A stretch of DNA of 63,081 nt, filler included, from Octopus bimaculoides (lineage: Eukaryota): NCBI RefSeq assembly GCF_001194135.2. It is 7 parts of 7 records of this genome, joined end to end, with 100 filler letters (N's around TTAATTAATTAA, not from the genome) between each part and the next. Parts side by side here need not be neighbours in the genome. Positions count along the whole stretch, not along the records: positions 1 to 12,057 come from NC_068981.1; 6 more parts are not named here. One strand, written 5' to 3'. The position numbers and the translations under genes are program-made. A model generated the notes under the pieces. That model searched no databases. It saw nothing but the letters and a program-made list of their open reading frames with translations, and was not told the origin of the DNA. Below are positions 1 to 12,057 of this stretch, piece after piece. Every line of letters starts with the position of its first letter. Position 1 is the first letter of the stretch.

Positions 1-575
1 ACCAAGATAAAAATTTAACAGAAAAAAATGACAGATGGTTATGTGCAGACCCTTCTGAAGTTCCAAGTGTTATGTATACAAATTTTCCTGCAACTGTCAT
101 GGTTTCAGGGGTTGTCAGCAATGAAGAACATGTGATGCCTCCTTACTTCTTTCCACAAGGCCTTAGCGTTAACCCTGCCGCCTACATTGAGGTCCTGGAA
201 ATAGTTGTTAAACCCTGGATAGACAGTGTATGCAATGAAAGGCCATATGTGTTTCAGTAAGACTCTGCACTATTACACATGACTCTACACAGAAATGGAT
301 GGCTGAAAATTTTCATGGTCACATAATCCCTAACATTTAGCCTGCTAATTCCCTAGATCTCAACCCATTGGACTATTACATGTGGAGCGTTGTTCAGAGA
401 AAGGTCAATAAACACGCCCATAACACCAAAGATTCTATGAAAGCTACCATAGGCAGAGTAATGTCCAAAATGAACCAGGACCACTTGATTCGAGCATGTA
501 GAGGATTTAGATCTCGTATAGAAGCAGTTGTTGAAGCTGAAGGTGGCTTTATTGAATAACATTATAGAAAAGAAG
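1..575 (+). mobile_element. Decayed Tc1/mariner-superfamily (maT/DD37D-like) transposase, 3' part
   Basis: Broken frames give ...PPYFFPQGL...YIEVLE.VVKPWIDSVCNERPYVFQ*DSA... and ...NSLDLNPLDYYMWSVVQRKVNK..HNTKDS.KA.I..VM..M..DHLIRAC..FRSRIEAVVEAEGGFIE*. It carries stops and frameshifts and ends near an N gap. Confidence 0.85.
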
Positions 576-1450
576 GTTTNNNNNNNNNNNNNNNNNNNNN
601 NNNNNNNNNNNNNNNNNNNNNNNNNNNNNNNNNNNNNNNNNNNNNNNNNNNNNNNNNNNNNNNNNNNNNNNNNNNNNNNNNNNNNNNNNNNNNNNNNNNN
701 NNNNNNNNNNNNNNNNNNNNNNNNNNNNNNNNNNNNNNNNNNNNNNNNNNNNNNNNNNNNNNNNNNNNNNNNNNNNNNNNNNNNNNNNNNNNNNNNNNNN
801 NNNNNNNNNNNNNNNNNNNNNNNNNNNNNNNNNNNNNNNNNNNNNNNNNNNNNNNNNNNNNNNNNNNNNNNNNNNNNNNNNNNNNNNNNNNNNNNNNNNN
901 NNNNNNNNNNNNNNNNNNNNNNNNNNNNNNNNNNNNNNNNNNNNNNNNNNNNNNNNNNNNNNNNNNNNNNNNNNNNNNNNNNNNNNNNNNNNNNNNNNNN
1001 NNNNNNNNNNNNNNNNNNNNNNNNNNNNNNNNNNNNNNNNNNNNNNNNNNNNNNNNNNNNNNNNNNNNNNNNNNNNNNNNNNNNNNNNNNNNNNNNNNNN
1101 NNNNNNNNNNNNNNNNNNNNNNNNNNNNNNNNNNNNNNNNNAATGTCGGTGTGGGTGTTATTAGTGGCGAGACAAGGGAAGGACGAGAAAGGTAGAAGGA
1201 GAACAGATAAAGGTGAAACAAGTCGAAAAAAGTGGAAAAAAGTGTAAGAGTCACGGACAAATTTTGCTGATGTTCAATCAAGGTTCAGGAAAGGCAGATC
1301 CAACGGGAACAGTAATCCAAGGTAATCCGGCAGTTGGGTACATCAAATCCAGTTGAAAGGCCAGGGTCCGTGTGAGCGTACGTCATATAGTTAAAAAAAA
1401 CAATAACAAAAAAACAGAAAAACAACAAAGTGAGGACGTGATATGGATAG

Positions 1451-1492
<42 letters not shown>

Positions 1493-1734
1493 ATGTATAT
1501 ATATGCTGCATATATATTATTTGTATTATATATGTCAAATATATAAAATATACATATTGTCGAGTCCCACGGGCAATCTTCGAATGTTTTCAGTCCAAGA
1601 GGTTTTTAACCATTATTTACCGCGTCATTACATATAGCTTTAATTACTTTGCATTTTATCATTAAAGATATTCTCTCTCTCTCTCTTTCCCTCTCTTTCT
1701 CTTTTTTCCTCTCTCTCTCTCTTTCTACACACAG

Positions 1735-1779
<45 letters not shown>

Positions 1780-2232
1780 ACAACAAAAATACAGATAGAG
1801 AAAATCACATCTTTAATTGTAGAATTCACCATATAAATATATATAGACATATAAATACACACACGCGCGCGTACACGCACACGCACACGCACACGCACAC
1901 ACGCACACACACACACACACATACACAGAGTCACACTCGAACGATTAGATATTGGTAAGTTGCTGGCAATCTGTTCTGCTCAAATGTAGGGATAGGTGTG
2001 AAGCTTTTTACAATCTACCTAATTTGACACGTTGAGAACCGAGGCAGTCAATGATTTGATTTTGCTAAAAGCTGATTGGTCTGTGTATGTGAAAGAGTAA
2101 CTAGTGTCAGTCTGAGTATGTTGTCGACTGGCAGACATGAGCCTGTGGGTGGCCGTCCAAGCTGAGTATATTCAAAACTGTCTTGAAGTATTTTGAGGGT
2201 GGTACACTCTGATAATATTCTTTTCTTCTCTA

Positions 2233-2431
2233 GGCACAAGGCCCGAAATTTTGGTGGAGGGGGCCAGTCGATTAGATCGACGCCAGTATGCAACTGGTAC
2301 TTAATTTATCGACCCCGAAAGGATGAAAGGCAAAGTCGACCTCGGTGGAGTTTGAACTCAGAACGTAAAGACAGACGAAGTACCGCTAAGCATTTCGCCC
2401 GGCGTGCTAACGGTTCTGCCAGCTCGCCGCC
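2233..2431 (-). mobile_element. tRNA-derived SINE, family A
   Basis: The minus strand starts GGCGGCGAGCTGGCAGAACCGTTAGC (A-box-like) and has GAGTTCAAACTCC (B box). The central motif CTTTCATCCTTTCGGGGTCGATAAATTAAGTACCAG recurs more than 10 times in the window. Confidence 0.85.
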
Positions 2432-3409
2432 TTACACTCCGATGATATTGGGGGTAGACTGATCGAAGCTAGACTTGTAAGCCCTGCATGTATATCACTC
2501 ATGTGACAGGACCCATTATGGATTCTTCATATAGATATTTCGTTACACGAAGTTAGTTGTGGTGTTTGACACCTTACGTAAAACCATTCGCATTAGTTGA
2601 TGTTGTTTTAATGATATGATGGTTCTTGGGGCAAAATGTCAGACAGTAAAACAGAATTGTTTAACTGAAGATGTGGCTGTTAGACTAACAAATGGCATAT
2701 CTTTGATAGAATCTGTCGTTACTTGGTGATTCCGTGGTTGTTTGTGCTGGAGATAATATTGGAAATGTTGTTATTGTTGATGGGCGCTAATGTTTTTATT
2801 ATGATTATTGTCCATCTTGGGGATTAAAAGATATTCTAATAGAAATTATTTAATCACGCTGATAAATGCAAAGATAGGAAATAACACAACAAGAACAACC
2901 AGGGCAGGTACCAGTCTGGTAGGTAATATGATAGCTCTTGGTTAAACAGAACACAGTTCGCCATTTTTCTTATATCAAGCAAAGAAACAAATGTTAAATG
3001 CAAATACACGAGCATATACCCACACACACATATATATATATCGTATGTATAAACATGGAATATTATTCCACCCATTGATTGCACATTCAGAATAACGTAT
3101 AATTTTACTCTTAAAATAAACCCCTGATTTTGTAATATAGTCTCTCGTTAGTTCTCTGCTTCTATATATATTTTTTCATTAGTTTTCTTTCTTTTTATAT
3201 TTTACAGTTGAAGGGTTTTGCAAAACTCACAATCTCTAAGATCTATGGGTGCGCCATAAACAAAGAGTTAAGGTTGTCGGTAGTGAAGAACGTAACACGG
3301 TTTCAAGTTTCGTAAACTGAAATGGAATCGTCTTCTGCTACGGTCAGTTCTATTGATAATGAACTCTCAACGGTGCTTTGACATCGTGTCTTTCTGAATT
3401 ATAAAGTGG

Positions 3410-3820
3410 GTTCTTCCCAACCACATGGTTCTGGGTTCAGTCCCACTGCGTGGAACCTTAAGTAAGTGTCTTCAACCGCAGCCTAGGATCGACCAAAGCC
3501 TTGTGAGTGGATCTGGTAGACGGAAACTGAAAGAAACCCCTTGTATATGTGCCTGTATGTATCTATATGTGAGTGTATGTGTGTGTGTGTGTGTTTATGT
3601 GTGTGTGTTAGTGTCTGTGTTTGTTCCCCACTACCGCTTGACAACCGATGCTGGTGAGTTTACATCTCTATAACTTAGCGGTTCGGCAAATGAGACCGAT
3701 AAAATAAATACTAGGCTTTAAGAAAATTAACACTGCAGTCGATTTATTCGACTAAAACTTCTTCATGGCGGTGCTCCAGTATGGCCGCAATCTAATTACT
3801 GAAGCAAGAAAAGCTACAAG
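3410..3820 (+). mobile_element. tRNA-derived SINE-like repeat, family C, with an internal (GT)n tract
   Basis: Contains GGTTCAGTCCC (B-box-like) and GTGAGTGGATCTGGTAGACGGAAACTG. Related pieces lie at about 49950-50135 (-) and 52570-52680 (-). Confidence 0.6.
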
Positions 3821-3965
3821 AAAATCAGTTATCACCTGACTTACTTCTGTAAACTACATCTAAACGACAAGACAGGGTACTTTCTCTTCTACACTCCCTA
3901 CTCACCCACGAGTTCAACGAAGCGATTTTGTTTTTCTCTTCTTTTTCATTTATGACTCACTATTT

Positions 3966-4145
3966 TGGGGGAGGGAATGAGTAAATTACATTGACCCCAG
4001 TGCGTAACTGGTACTTAATTTATCGACCCCGAAAGGATGAAAGGTAAACTCGACCCCGGCGGCATTTGAACTCAGAACGTGAAGACAGACGAAATACCGC
4101 CAAGAATTTCGTCTGGCGTGCTAACGATTCTGCCAGCCCGCCGCC
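3966..4145 (-). mobile_element. SINE family A copy
   Basis: High similarity by eye to 2233-2431. Confidence 0.85.
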
Positions 4146-4569
4146 TTTTTGTTTTGAACTAATGATACAAATCGTATAAAATGAATTAAACACCGTTTTG
4201 AGTTTTAAGGTAAAGACTACCTTCAGAGAACTCAACAATGCAGTAAGACCAGTGGTAGAGTAAGATTTAATGTAGCACTAAAACATATAAAAGTTCAGAA
4301 TGACGTCAACTGATCGATGGTTGTTTTTGTATATAAAATTTAGTATATAGTACATTTGCTGATGTGCGCAAAGTTTCGTTAAGATGGAATTAACTAGACG
4401 CGAACGAATACACACACACACACATTCACACACATACACAAGAATGGAAGCTTTACTCCCAGGAAAGGCGGTGAGAAAGGTATGCAATGATATAAATATG
4501 GAAGATTCTGGAAGGTCTAGTTCCCAACTTTTAAATTAAAAGATATACCAACCGCTGAACTGGATGGTG

Positions 4570-4790
4570 TTCTTCATTTCAGATAAGGACCCAGTATTGC
4601 AAAAGCTTGGGTTTCAAGGGACCACAACTGGTTAACATCCCAAGGAACCTAAGACATCTGCAAAGTGTTGATGTGGAAATGTTCAAAAAGCAACTGGATA
4701 TATCTGAAATCCCAGATGAGCCCACATCACGACATAAGGGACAAAGAAGAGCAGCTTCGTCCAACTCGGTTCTCCACCAAAAATAGTACC
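4570..4790 (+). mobile_element. 3' end fragment of a LINE ORF2 (CR1/L2/jockey-group-like)
   Basis: One frame reads GFKGPQLVNIPRNLRHLQSVDVEMFKKQLDISEIPDEPT...AASSNS. This matches the 'GP.LFN.LP..LR.....FK..LD..L..IPD.P' C-terminus typical of these LINEs. The clade is not resolvable by eye. Confidence 0.65.
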
Positions 4791-5088
4791 GAAAGGAGAC
4801 TCCAAATCATTGAAAGGTGATGCTCCAGCATGGCCCCAGTCTCTGTCTGAAACCAGTAATAGAATAAAAGAAGAATATGTATATAGGGTAAAGGGTAAAA
4901 CTCCGCCTTTGGTCATGAATGACCATGGGATTGCACCTAGAAAGTTTCCCTCCGAGATACAAGTCCGGGCAAGGTTGTTTACAGAAGACCAGTCACCCAT
5001 GCATACCAGCCTCTCCTCTCCGTGCCACCGATTTTGTACAAGGGAAAGGCAAAGGGGCCGATACAGTTTGGCACCTGTGACGTCACAA

Positions 5089-5210
5089 CTCATTTCTACA
5101 CCTGAGTGAACTGGAGCAACGAGAAATAAAGTGTCTTAACACGCAGCCCGGTCCAGGATTCGAACTTACAACCTCATGATTGTGAGCCCGACGCGCTAAC
5201 CACTGAGCCA
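5089..5210 (-). mobile_element. tRNA-derived SINE family B, 5' part (truncated by gap)
   Basis: The minus strand reads TGGCTCAGTGGTTAGC (A box) ... GTAAGTTCGAATCC (B box) ... AAGACACTTTATTTC. Confidence 0.75.
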
Positions 5211-5220
5211 NNNNNNNNNN

Positions 5221-5297
<77 letters not shown>

Positions 5298-5517
5298 ATA
5301 TAATATACATACATATATATGCATATATGTATGTATATTTATATATCGGGGGTGAATCTGTTTAAAAAGTCTTTAGGACACATAATTTGTCATAACATGT
5401 ATGAATGAGACCGGGTTTCAAATCTTACCATCGGCATTATTGATCGGTCATCATTTTAAAAATCTAACGTGATATAAAACTATCTTCACAGACAGAAAAA
5501 CTGAGGCAACGCTCTTC

Positions 5518-5580
<63 letters not shown>

Positions 5581-6529
5581 ATTAGTTTTTTTTTCTTTTT
5601 CTTCATCTTTTTCCTTGTCAGAAGGTTTCTATTACACGAGCCGAAGAGAATATGATGTCAGCTGGAGATAAAAGTAATATGGAGTCTGTGTGATTGTTAT
5701 CTGAGATATATTCAAGGGAAGATGCTAGTTAACAATGACCTGGATTGCAGTGAACCAGGCAAATGGCTTCTAATCACTTGCTTCCATTATTGTGTAGTTC
5801 CAGGTTAGCCTTCATCCAGCAGACAAATGATCAAAGACATTCCAGATCTGGCTATTCCGCTCTCTTTTTGCTTTTTGTTCTTGGTGTTTTTGTATGTTTA
5901 TATTTGCTTTTCTTCTTTTTAGCGTTACATTACGCAATGTGTCCCTCCATTTATTCAAGTCAGCAGGAATGGCAAGAGGAAGACTTGTTCTGCTATTGTT
6001 AGAAGGTCGAGAACCAGGTAGTAGCAACTTCCGTGTCTTCAAGAATTTCTTTCGTTTCCTGGCGTTCGAATCCTTCAGATGTCTGAGGAATGATATTCCA
6101 GCCGCGACAATCCTGCCTTGTTGTTTAACCCAAGGCCAACTTCGATCCACATCTATGACCGATATGGCTTGTTTAACACTAAATCAATTTACATCCAAGA
6201 GATTTACGAGACACACAAGCCGTGACCATCCTGTCAACATGTTTAACGTTAGGTTAGCCTTGATACAGAAGGTCTATGATGTTAGACAATCCAGCAATGG
6301 CGATCCCTTATTGTTTAACCTCACCTCAGCCTTCATCCAGGAGATATGTGATCAAAGACAACCCAGCTGTGTCTTTCCTATTTTATTGTGTAGCCTTATT
6401 TTAACTTTGATCTAATAGACCTATAGTCAAAGACAATCCAGTGGTGACCATCCCGTCCACATTCTTCAGACATTATATATACGACTGCATTATGCAATAT
6501 CTCCTTCCAGTTTTTAAGACAAAAGTGTA

Positions 6530-7079
6530 CGAGGGTGAGTCAAAAAGTAATGCCATTTTGTTTAGGACAGGTATAATTACCAACAGAGGAACATGTATCA
6601 TACATCAAAATGAAGCTGGTCCTCTGTGGATCACATCCCTACTTCTCAACAGAGTCACCGTTTTTCTCAATTGCAATGTCCCACCTTCGAATGAGAGCAT
6701 GTATCCCTGCCCCGTAAAATTCTGTTGACTGTTCTTTGAGCCACTTCTTCACTACAGTTTTCACATCCTCGTCACTGGACTACCATTTCTGCGGCCCCAC
6801 GAAAGAGGGTTTGAGAGGCAAACATTATTCCAGTGATGAGGAAGTGAAAACTGTAGTGAAGAAGTGGCTCAAAGAACAGTCAAGAGAATTTTACGGGGCA
6901 GGGATACATGCTCTCATTCGAAGGTGGAACATTGCTATTGAGAGAAACGGTGACTATGTTGAGGAGTAGGGATGTGATCCACAGAGGACCAGCTTCATTT
7001 CGATGGATTGATACATGTTCCTGTGTGGGTAATTATACCTGTCCGAAATAAAATGGCATTACTTTTTGACTCACCCTCG
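6530..7079. mobile_element. Mariner-derived non-autonomous palindromic element with about 250-bp inverted arms, both derived from the transposase 3' end
   Basis: Flanked by TA at 6528-6529 and 7080-7081. The termini read CGAGGGTGAGTCAAAAAGTAATGCCATTTT on both strands. The right arm encodes DYHF.GP.KEGLRGKHYSSDEEVKT.VKKWLKEQS.EFY.AGIHALIRRWNIAIERNGDYVE*, and the left arm is its reverse complement. Confidence 0.9.
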
Positions 7080-7243
7080 TATGATTTGAAGTAGATTTGG
7101 CTGCTATTTCTAGCCTGTTGGATGACCACGTATAAGACTGTGACCTGAAAAATCTGGATACAAATAGTTAAGGCTATTGTGTTAGACGTTGGTGTAGTAG
7201 TTATTCTTGTCGTAGTCATATTCGAATTAGCGTTTTGTTGTGT

Positions 7244-7564
7244 AGGGACGTGGTTTAGTGGTTAGGGTTTTCGGTTCACGATCGTTTAGTACTGAGTTCG
7301 ATACACGGCGGCGCGGTGTGGCCTTGAGCGAGACACTTTCTTTCATGTTTCTTCAGTCCACTCAGCTGGCAAAAATGAGTTGTACCTGTAATTTAAAGGG
7401 CCAGCCATGTCACATTCCGTGTCATACAGAATCTCCCAGAGAACTACATTAAGGGTACACGTGTCTGAAGAGTGCTCAACAACCTGTCCGTTAATTTCAC
7501 GATCCGGCTGTTCCGTTGATCGGACCAACTGGAATACTCGTCGTCGTAAACGACGGAGTACCAG
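7244..7564 (+). mobile_element. SINE family B, near full length, with a 3' stem-loop
   Basis: Contains GTGGTTTAGTGGTTAGGG (A box), GAGTTCGATAC (B box) and the GTGGCCTTGAGCGAGACACTT core. A related inverted copy lies at 10124-10402. Confidence 0.75.
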
Positions 7565-7817
7565 TGTTGTGGTTATTGTCAAGCATCATACTACCACCTC
7601 AACAGTTCCTGATTTAGATACATGGTCAACAATTTTGCGGAGAGAATTTAGCCGATGCCATTAGCGTCCAGTGCTCGACTGGTTCTGTATTTGATTGACC
7701 CAGCGGGAGGCGATTGGGTGACGAAGTTGACCAAGGCCAGATGTGAACTCGTAACGGAGAAAGTCTGAAGAAATAACGCAAACCATTTTGTCCGACGCTC
7801 TAACGATTCTGTCGACC

Positions 7818-7822
7818 TACTG

Positions 7823-7863
<41 letters not shown>

Positions 7864-7882
7864 GCTGCTGCTACTACTGCTG

Positions 7883-7920
<38 letters not shown>

Positions 7921-8212
7921 GCTACTACTGCTGNNNNNNNNNNNNNNNNNNNNNNNNNNNNNNNNNNNNNNNNNNNNNNNNNNNNNNNNNNNNNNNNNNN
8001 NNNNNNNNNNNNNNNNNNNNNNNNNNNNNNNNNNNNNNNNNNNNNNNNNNNNNNNNNNNNNNNNNNNNNNNNNNNNNNNNNNNNNNNNNNNNNNNNNNNN
8101 NNNNNNNNNNNNNNNNNNNNNNNNNNNNNNNNNNNNNNNNNNNNNNNNNNNNNNNNNNNNNNNNNNNNNNNNNNNNNNNNNNNNNNNNNNNNNNNNNNNN
8201 NNNNNNNNNNNT

Positions 8213-8256
<44 letters not shown>

Positions 8257-8385
8257 GCCGCTGCTGCTGCTGCTGCTGTTACTACTACTACTACTACCAC
8301 TGCCACTGCTGCTGCTTCTACTACTACCACTACTACTACAGCTGCTGCTACTACAACTACTACTACTACTACTACTACTACTCAA
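7818..8385. repeat. (TAC)n/(TGC)n trinucleotide microsatellite spanning an N gap
   Basis: Seen directly; it explains the poly-Y, poly-S and poly-V ORFs. Confidence 0.95.
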
Positions 8386-8655
8386 ACAGTAATAGATAAA
8401 TCCAGGAAATTCCTTTCGTTCACCAAATATCATGTGACGTCTCTAAAATTCTATCTTCAGCGTTTCAATTAGACGTGTGTAAGACATATGTGTAAGTATG
8501 GCGTCTCTCCGTAACCACGCCCACCACCAGCAATACCGTACCCAGTATAAAAGGAGTTGTAAAACAAAAACGATGACAAAAGTGATTTAGGGGCTTTCAA
8601 CAAAACCCACAGATATATAACCGAATTAAAGATAAGTGAAAAGTTAAGTTATGGC

Positions 8656-8735
8656 TGTCAACTGGGACTGAACTCAGTAATGTTTCTAGCTCCTAGAGAC
8701 GTGAAGTGGCGCCTTACCAACTGAGCTATGTTGAC
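8656..8735 (-). pseudogene. Degenerate tRNA-like sequence (tRNA pseudogene or SINE head)
   Basis: The minus strand GTCAAC-A-TAGCTCAGTTGGTAAGGC...CTGAGTTCAGTCCCA-GTTGAC-A has 6-bp acceptor-like ends, a perfect A box and a B-box-like motif. It lacks a canonical anticodon arm and the T arm is imperfect. Confidence 0.4.
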
Positions 8736-8988
8736 ATGTCTTGATAAAAACCCGATAAATATATTCTGAATATTTCCTCTTGTGATATCTGCCGGAACAT
8801 TCTGAAGGTTTGGGTGATTATGAGAGGGGATGGTATTCTGTTTTTCTACCTATTTTTTAGGGGGTAGGGGGTAGGGGTAGGTTTCGTGGTATTCCTTCTG
8901 ATATTTTTAAAGTATTCAACAGCAACCATTACAATAACAACAACAGCAATTACAACAACGGTATCGATAACAATCCTTTCTACTTATA

Positions 8989-9186
8989 GGCACAAGGCCT
9001 GAAATTTGGGGGAGGGGGATAGTGGATTACATCGACCCGAGTGTTTCACTGGTATTTAATTTATCGACTGCGGAAGGATGAAAGGTAAAGTCGATCTCGG
9101 TGGAATTTGAACTCAGAACGTGGCGACGGGCGAAATACTGCTAAGCATTCCGTCCAGCTTGCTAACGATTCTGCCAGCTTACCGCC
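8989..9186 (-). mobile_element. SINE family A copy
   Basis: Same A/B boxes and central motif as 2233-2431. Confidence 0.85.
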
Positions 9187-9187
9187 T

Positions 9188-9208
9188 TAATAATAATAAT
9201 AATAATAC

Positions 9209-9266
<58 letters not shown>

Positions 9267-9963
9267 NNNNNNNNNNNNNNNNNNNNNNNNNNNNNNNNNN
9301 NNNNNNNNNNNNNNNNNNNNNNNNNNNNNNNNNNNNNNNNNNNNNNNNNNNNNNNNNNNNNNNNNNNNNNNNNNNNNNNNNNNNNNNNNNNNNNNNNNNN
9401 NNNNNNNNNNNNNNNNNNNNNNNNNNNNNNNNNNNNNNNNNNNNNNNNNNNNNNNNNNNNNNNNNNNNNNNNNNNNNNNNNNNNNNNNNNNNNNNNNNNN
9501 NNNNNNNNNNNNNNNNNNNNNNNNNNNNNNNNNNNNNNNNNNNNNNNNNNNNNNNNNNNNNNNNNNNNNNNNNNNNNNNNNNNNNNNNNNNNNNNNNNNN
9601 NNNNNNNNNNNNNNNNNNNNNNNNNNNNNNNNNNNNNNNNNNNNNNNNNNNNNNNNNNNNNNNNNNNNNNNNNNNNNNNNNNNNNNNNNNNNNNNNNNNN
9701 NNNNNNNNNNNNNNNNNNNNNNNNNNNNNNNNNGGCTATTCGACCTGAAGAAAATTCTAACTGGGCCCCACCTGCGAGGTCATGCGCTGTTTATCTTGAT
9801 ATGAGATCACCATGTCACACACATATGGTTGTGATGCATGTGCCTGGTGTACCCTTATCAGACGGGTAGTCATGATGGGTATAATGGGCTTCGTATGTTT
9901 TATCCCAGTGTCACTTTGATGGCATGCACTGCTCTCTCACTCAATAATAAGAAGAAGAATAAA

Positions 9964-10019
<56 letters not shown>

Positions 10020-10030
10020 TGATAATAATA
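9188..10030. repeat. (AAT)n arrays flanking a gap and an unclassified interspersed repeat (9734-9935) that ends in (AAT)n
   Basis: (AAT)n tracts at 9188-9266 and about 9968-10030 are seen directly. The intervening segment is non-coding and repeat-like. Confidence 0.6.
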
Positions 10031-10123
10031 ACAAAAACAACAACAACAATAGCAGTAACAACCCTAACAACGACCTCAACAGCAGTAGCGGCAATAATAG
10101 CTACAATGACTAGCAATATTATT

Positions 10124-10402
10124 GGCACTCCGTCGCTGACTACGAGGAGTGTCCCAGTAGATCTGATCAACGAAACCGACTGCTCGTGGAATTAACATAC
10201 ATGTGGCTGAGCACTTAACAGACATGCGTAGCGTTAATGTAGTCTCTGAGGGAGAGACTCCGAGTGATGCGGAATGTAATAAGGCTGGCCCTTTGAGTTA
10301 CGAGTGCAACTCAGTTTTTGCCAGCTGAATGAACTGGAGCAGCCGGAAATCGAACTCACTACCTTACGATCATGAATATCCGAATATCCCTAACCACATG
10401 CC
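10124..10402 (-). mobile_element. SINE family B copy
   Basis: Reverse complement of the 7244-7564 body (...TAGCGTTAATGTAGTCTCT...GGCTGGCCCTTTGAGTTAC...), internally shortened. Confidence 0.7.
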
Positions 10403-10713
10403 TTCACAGCAGGAATATTTAACACAACAACAATAGCGACAGTAGCACCGCCAACAACAAAGTACCAATGGAATAATGGCTATTTCTTCACTGCTTTACT
10501 TTTATAATCTTGGAATATTTTCTTCAAAGAGAAGCATGAATGTGATGAGAGGGGAGAAGGAATAGGAAGAGGAGCGGGAGGAGGTAGAGGGAGAGGAGGA
10601 GGAAAAGAAGAAGAAGAAGAAGAAGAAGAAGAAGAAGAAGAAGAAGAAGAAGAAGAAGAAATAGCGCCAAAACATTGCAATATAGACTTATAAGAGAAAC
10701 AGAACTTAGTACA

Positions 10714-10745
<32 letters not shown>

Positions 10746-11141
10746 CNNNNNNNNNNNNNNNNNNNNNNNNNNNNNNNNNNNNNNNNNNNNNNNNNNNNNN
10801 NNNNNNNNNNNNNNNNNNNNNNNNNNNNNNNNNNNNNNNNNNNNNNNNNNNNNNNNNNNNNNNNNNNNNNNNNNNNNNNNNNNNNNNNNNNNNNNNNNNN
10901 NNNNNNNNNNNNNNNNNNNNNNNNNNNNNNNNNNNNNNNNNNNNNNNNNNNNNNNNNNNNNNNNNNNNNNNNNNNNNNNNNNNNNNNNNNNNNNNNNNNN
11001 NNNNNNNNNNNNNNNNNNNNNNNNNNNNNNNNNNNNNNNNNNNNNNNNNNNNNNNNNNNNNNNNNNNNNNNNNNNNNNNNNNNNNNNNNNNNNNNNNNNN
11101 NNNNNNNNNNNNNNNNNNNNNNNNNNNNNNNNNNNNNNNNN

Positions 11142-11178
<37 letters not shown>

Positions 11179-11296
11179 AATTTCTCTCTCTCTTTGTATA
11201 TATAAATATATATATATAATAATATAAATAATATATAAATATATGCATATATCCATACATATATGTACATACCTACATCTATGTGTATACATACAT

Positions 11297-11337
<41 letters not shown>

Positions 11338-11909
11338 TGTATGTATGTATTTATAGGTGTGTGCATCTACGTGAGAGTGAGTCTCTATGAGTCTGGAGAG
11401 TGTGGTGGTGTATACATGCATATATGAGTGTGTGTGTGTATAGTAAACCATGTTAGACGTAGAAACATAGGGACATATACTTATTTTATCGACCTCCGAA
11501 CATATAAAAGACATCGTCGGTTCTGAATGTCTAAGAAAACGGAACTGGAATAAAACTTTGGAAGTTTTTAAGGGAAAAGAAATTAAATCTGTGAGAAAAC
11601 AAACTTTGATGGTTTTTAGGGTGAAGAAACGAGAGGAATTCCATGAGACATGCACAAACTCGTAGAGTGTGGACTAGAAAATAATCAGAAGAGTAAATAT
11701 ATATCTTTTGATATCTCAAGAATTATATCCCGTCAACACCAACTAAATTTAGCTCTATTTGTGTTGGTCACCAATGGATTCACTTGAAATGCTTAAAGAC
11801 ATGTTAGCCTAGTTTATAGATGCTGCCCACTTCGTTTGTGTGTATATGCATGTGTGTGTGTATGCGTGTGGTGCGTGTATGTATGTATGTATGTATGTAT
11901 GTATGTATG

Positions 11910-11940
<31 letters not shown>

Positions 11941-11941
<1 letters not shown>

Positions 11942-12057
11942 GGCGCGTGGCTCAGTGGTTAGGGCATTCGGTACACGATCGTAAGGTTCTGAATTCAATT
12001 CCCGGCGACGCGTTGTGTCCTTGAGCAAGACACTTTATTTCTTATTGCTCCGTCCAC
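11941..12057 (+). mobile_element. SINE family B, 5' part
   Basis: Reads GGCGCGTGGCTCAGTGGTTAGGG ... GAATTCAATTCCC ... GTGTCCTTGAGCAAGACACTTTATTTC. Confidence 0.8.

Noticed and set aside
8860-8881. G-rich (TAGGGGG)-like run, possible G-quadruplex or telomere-like seed
   Set aside because: Only three long G-runs plus a GG; it is not TTAGGG, and it is short and unremarkable in a microsatellite-rich genome.
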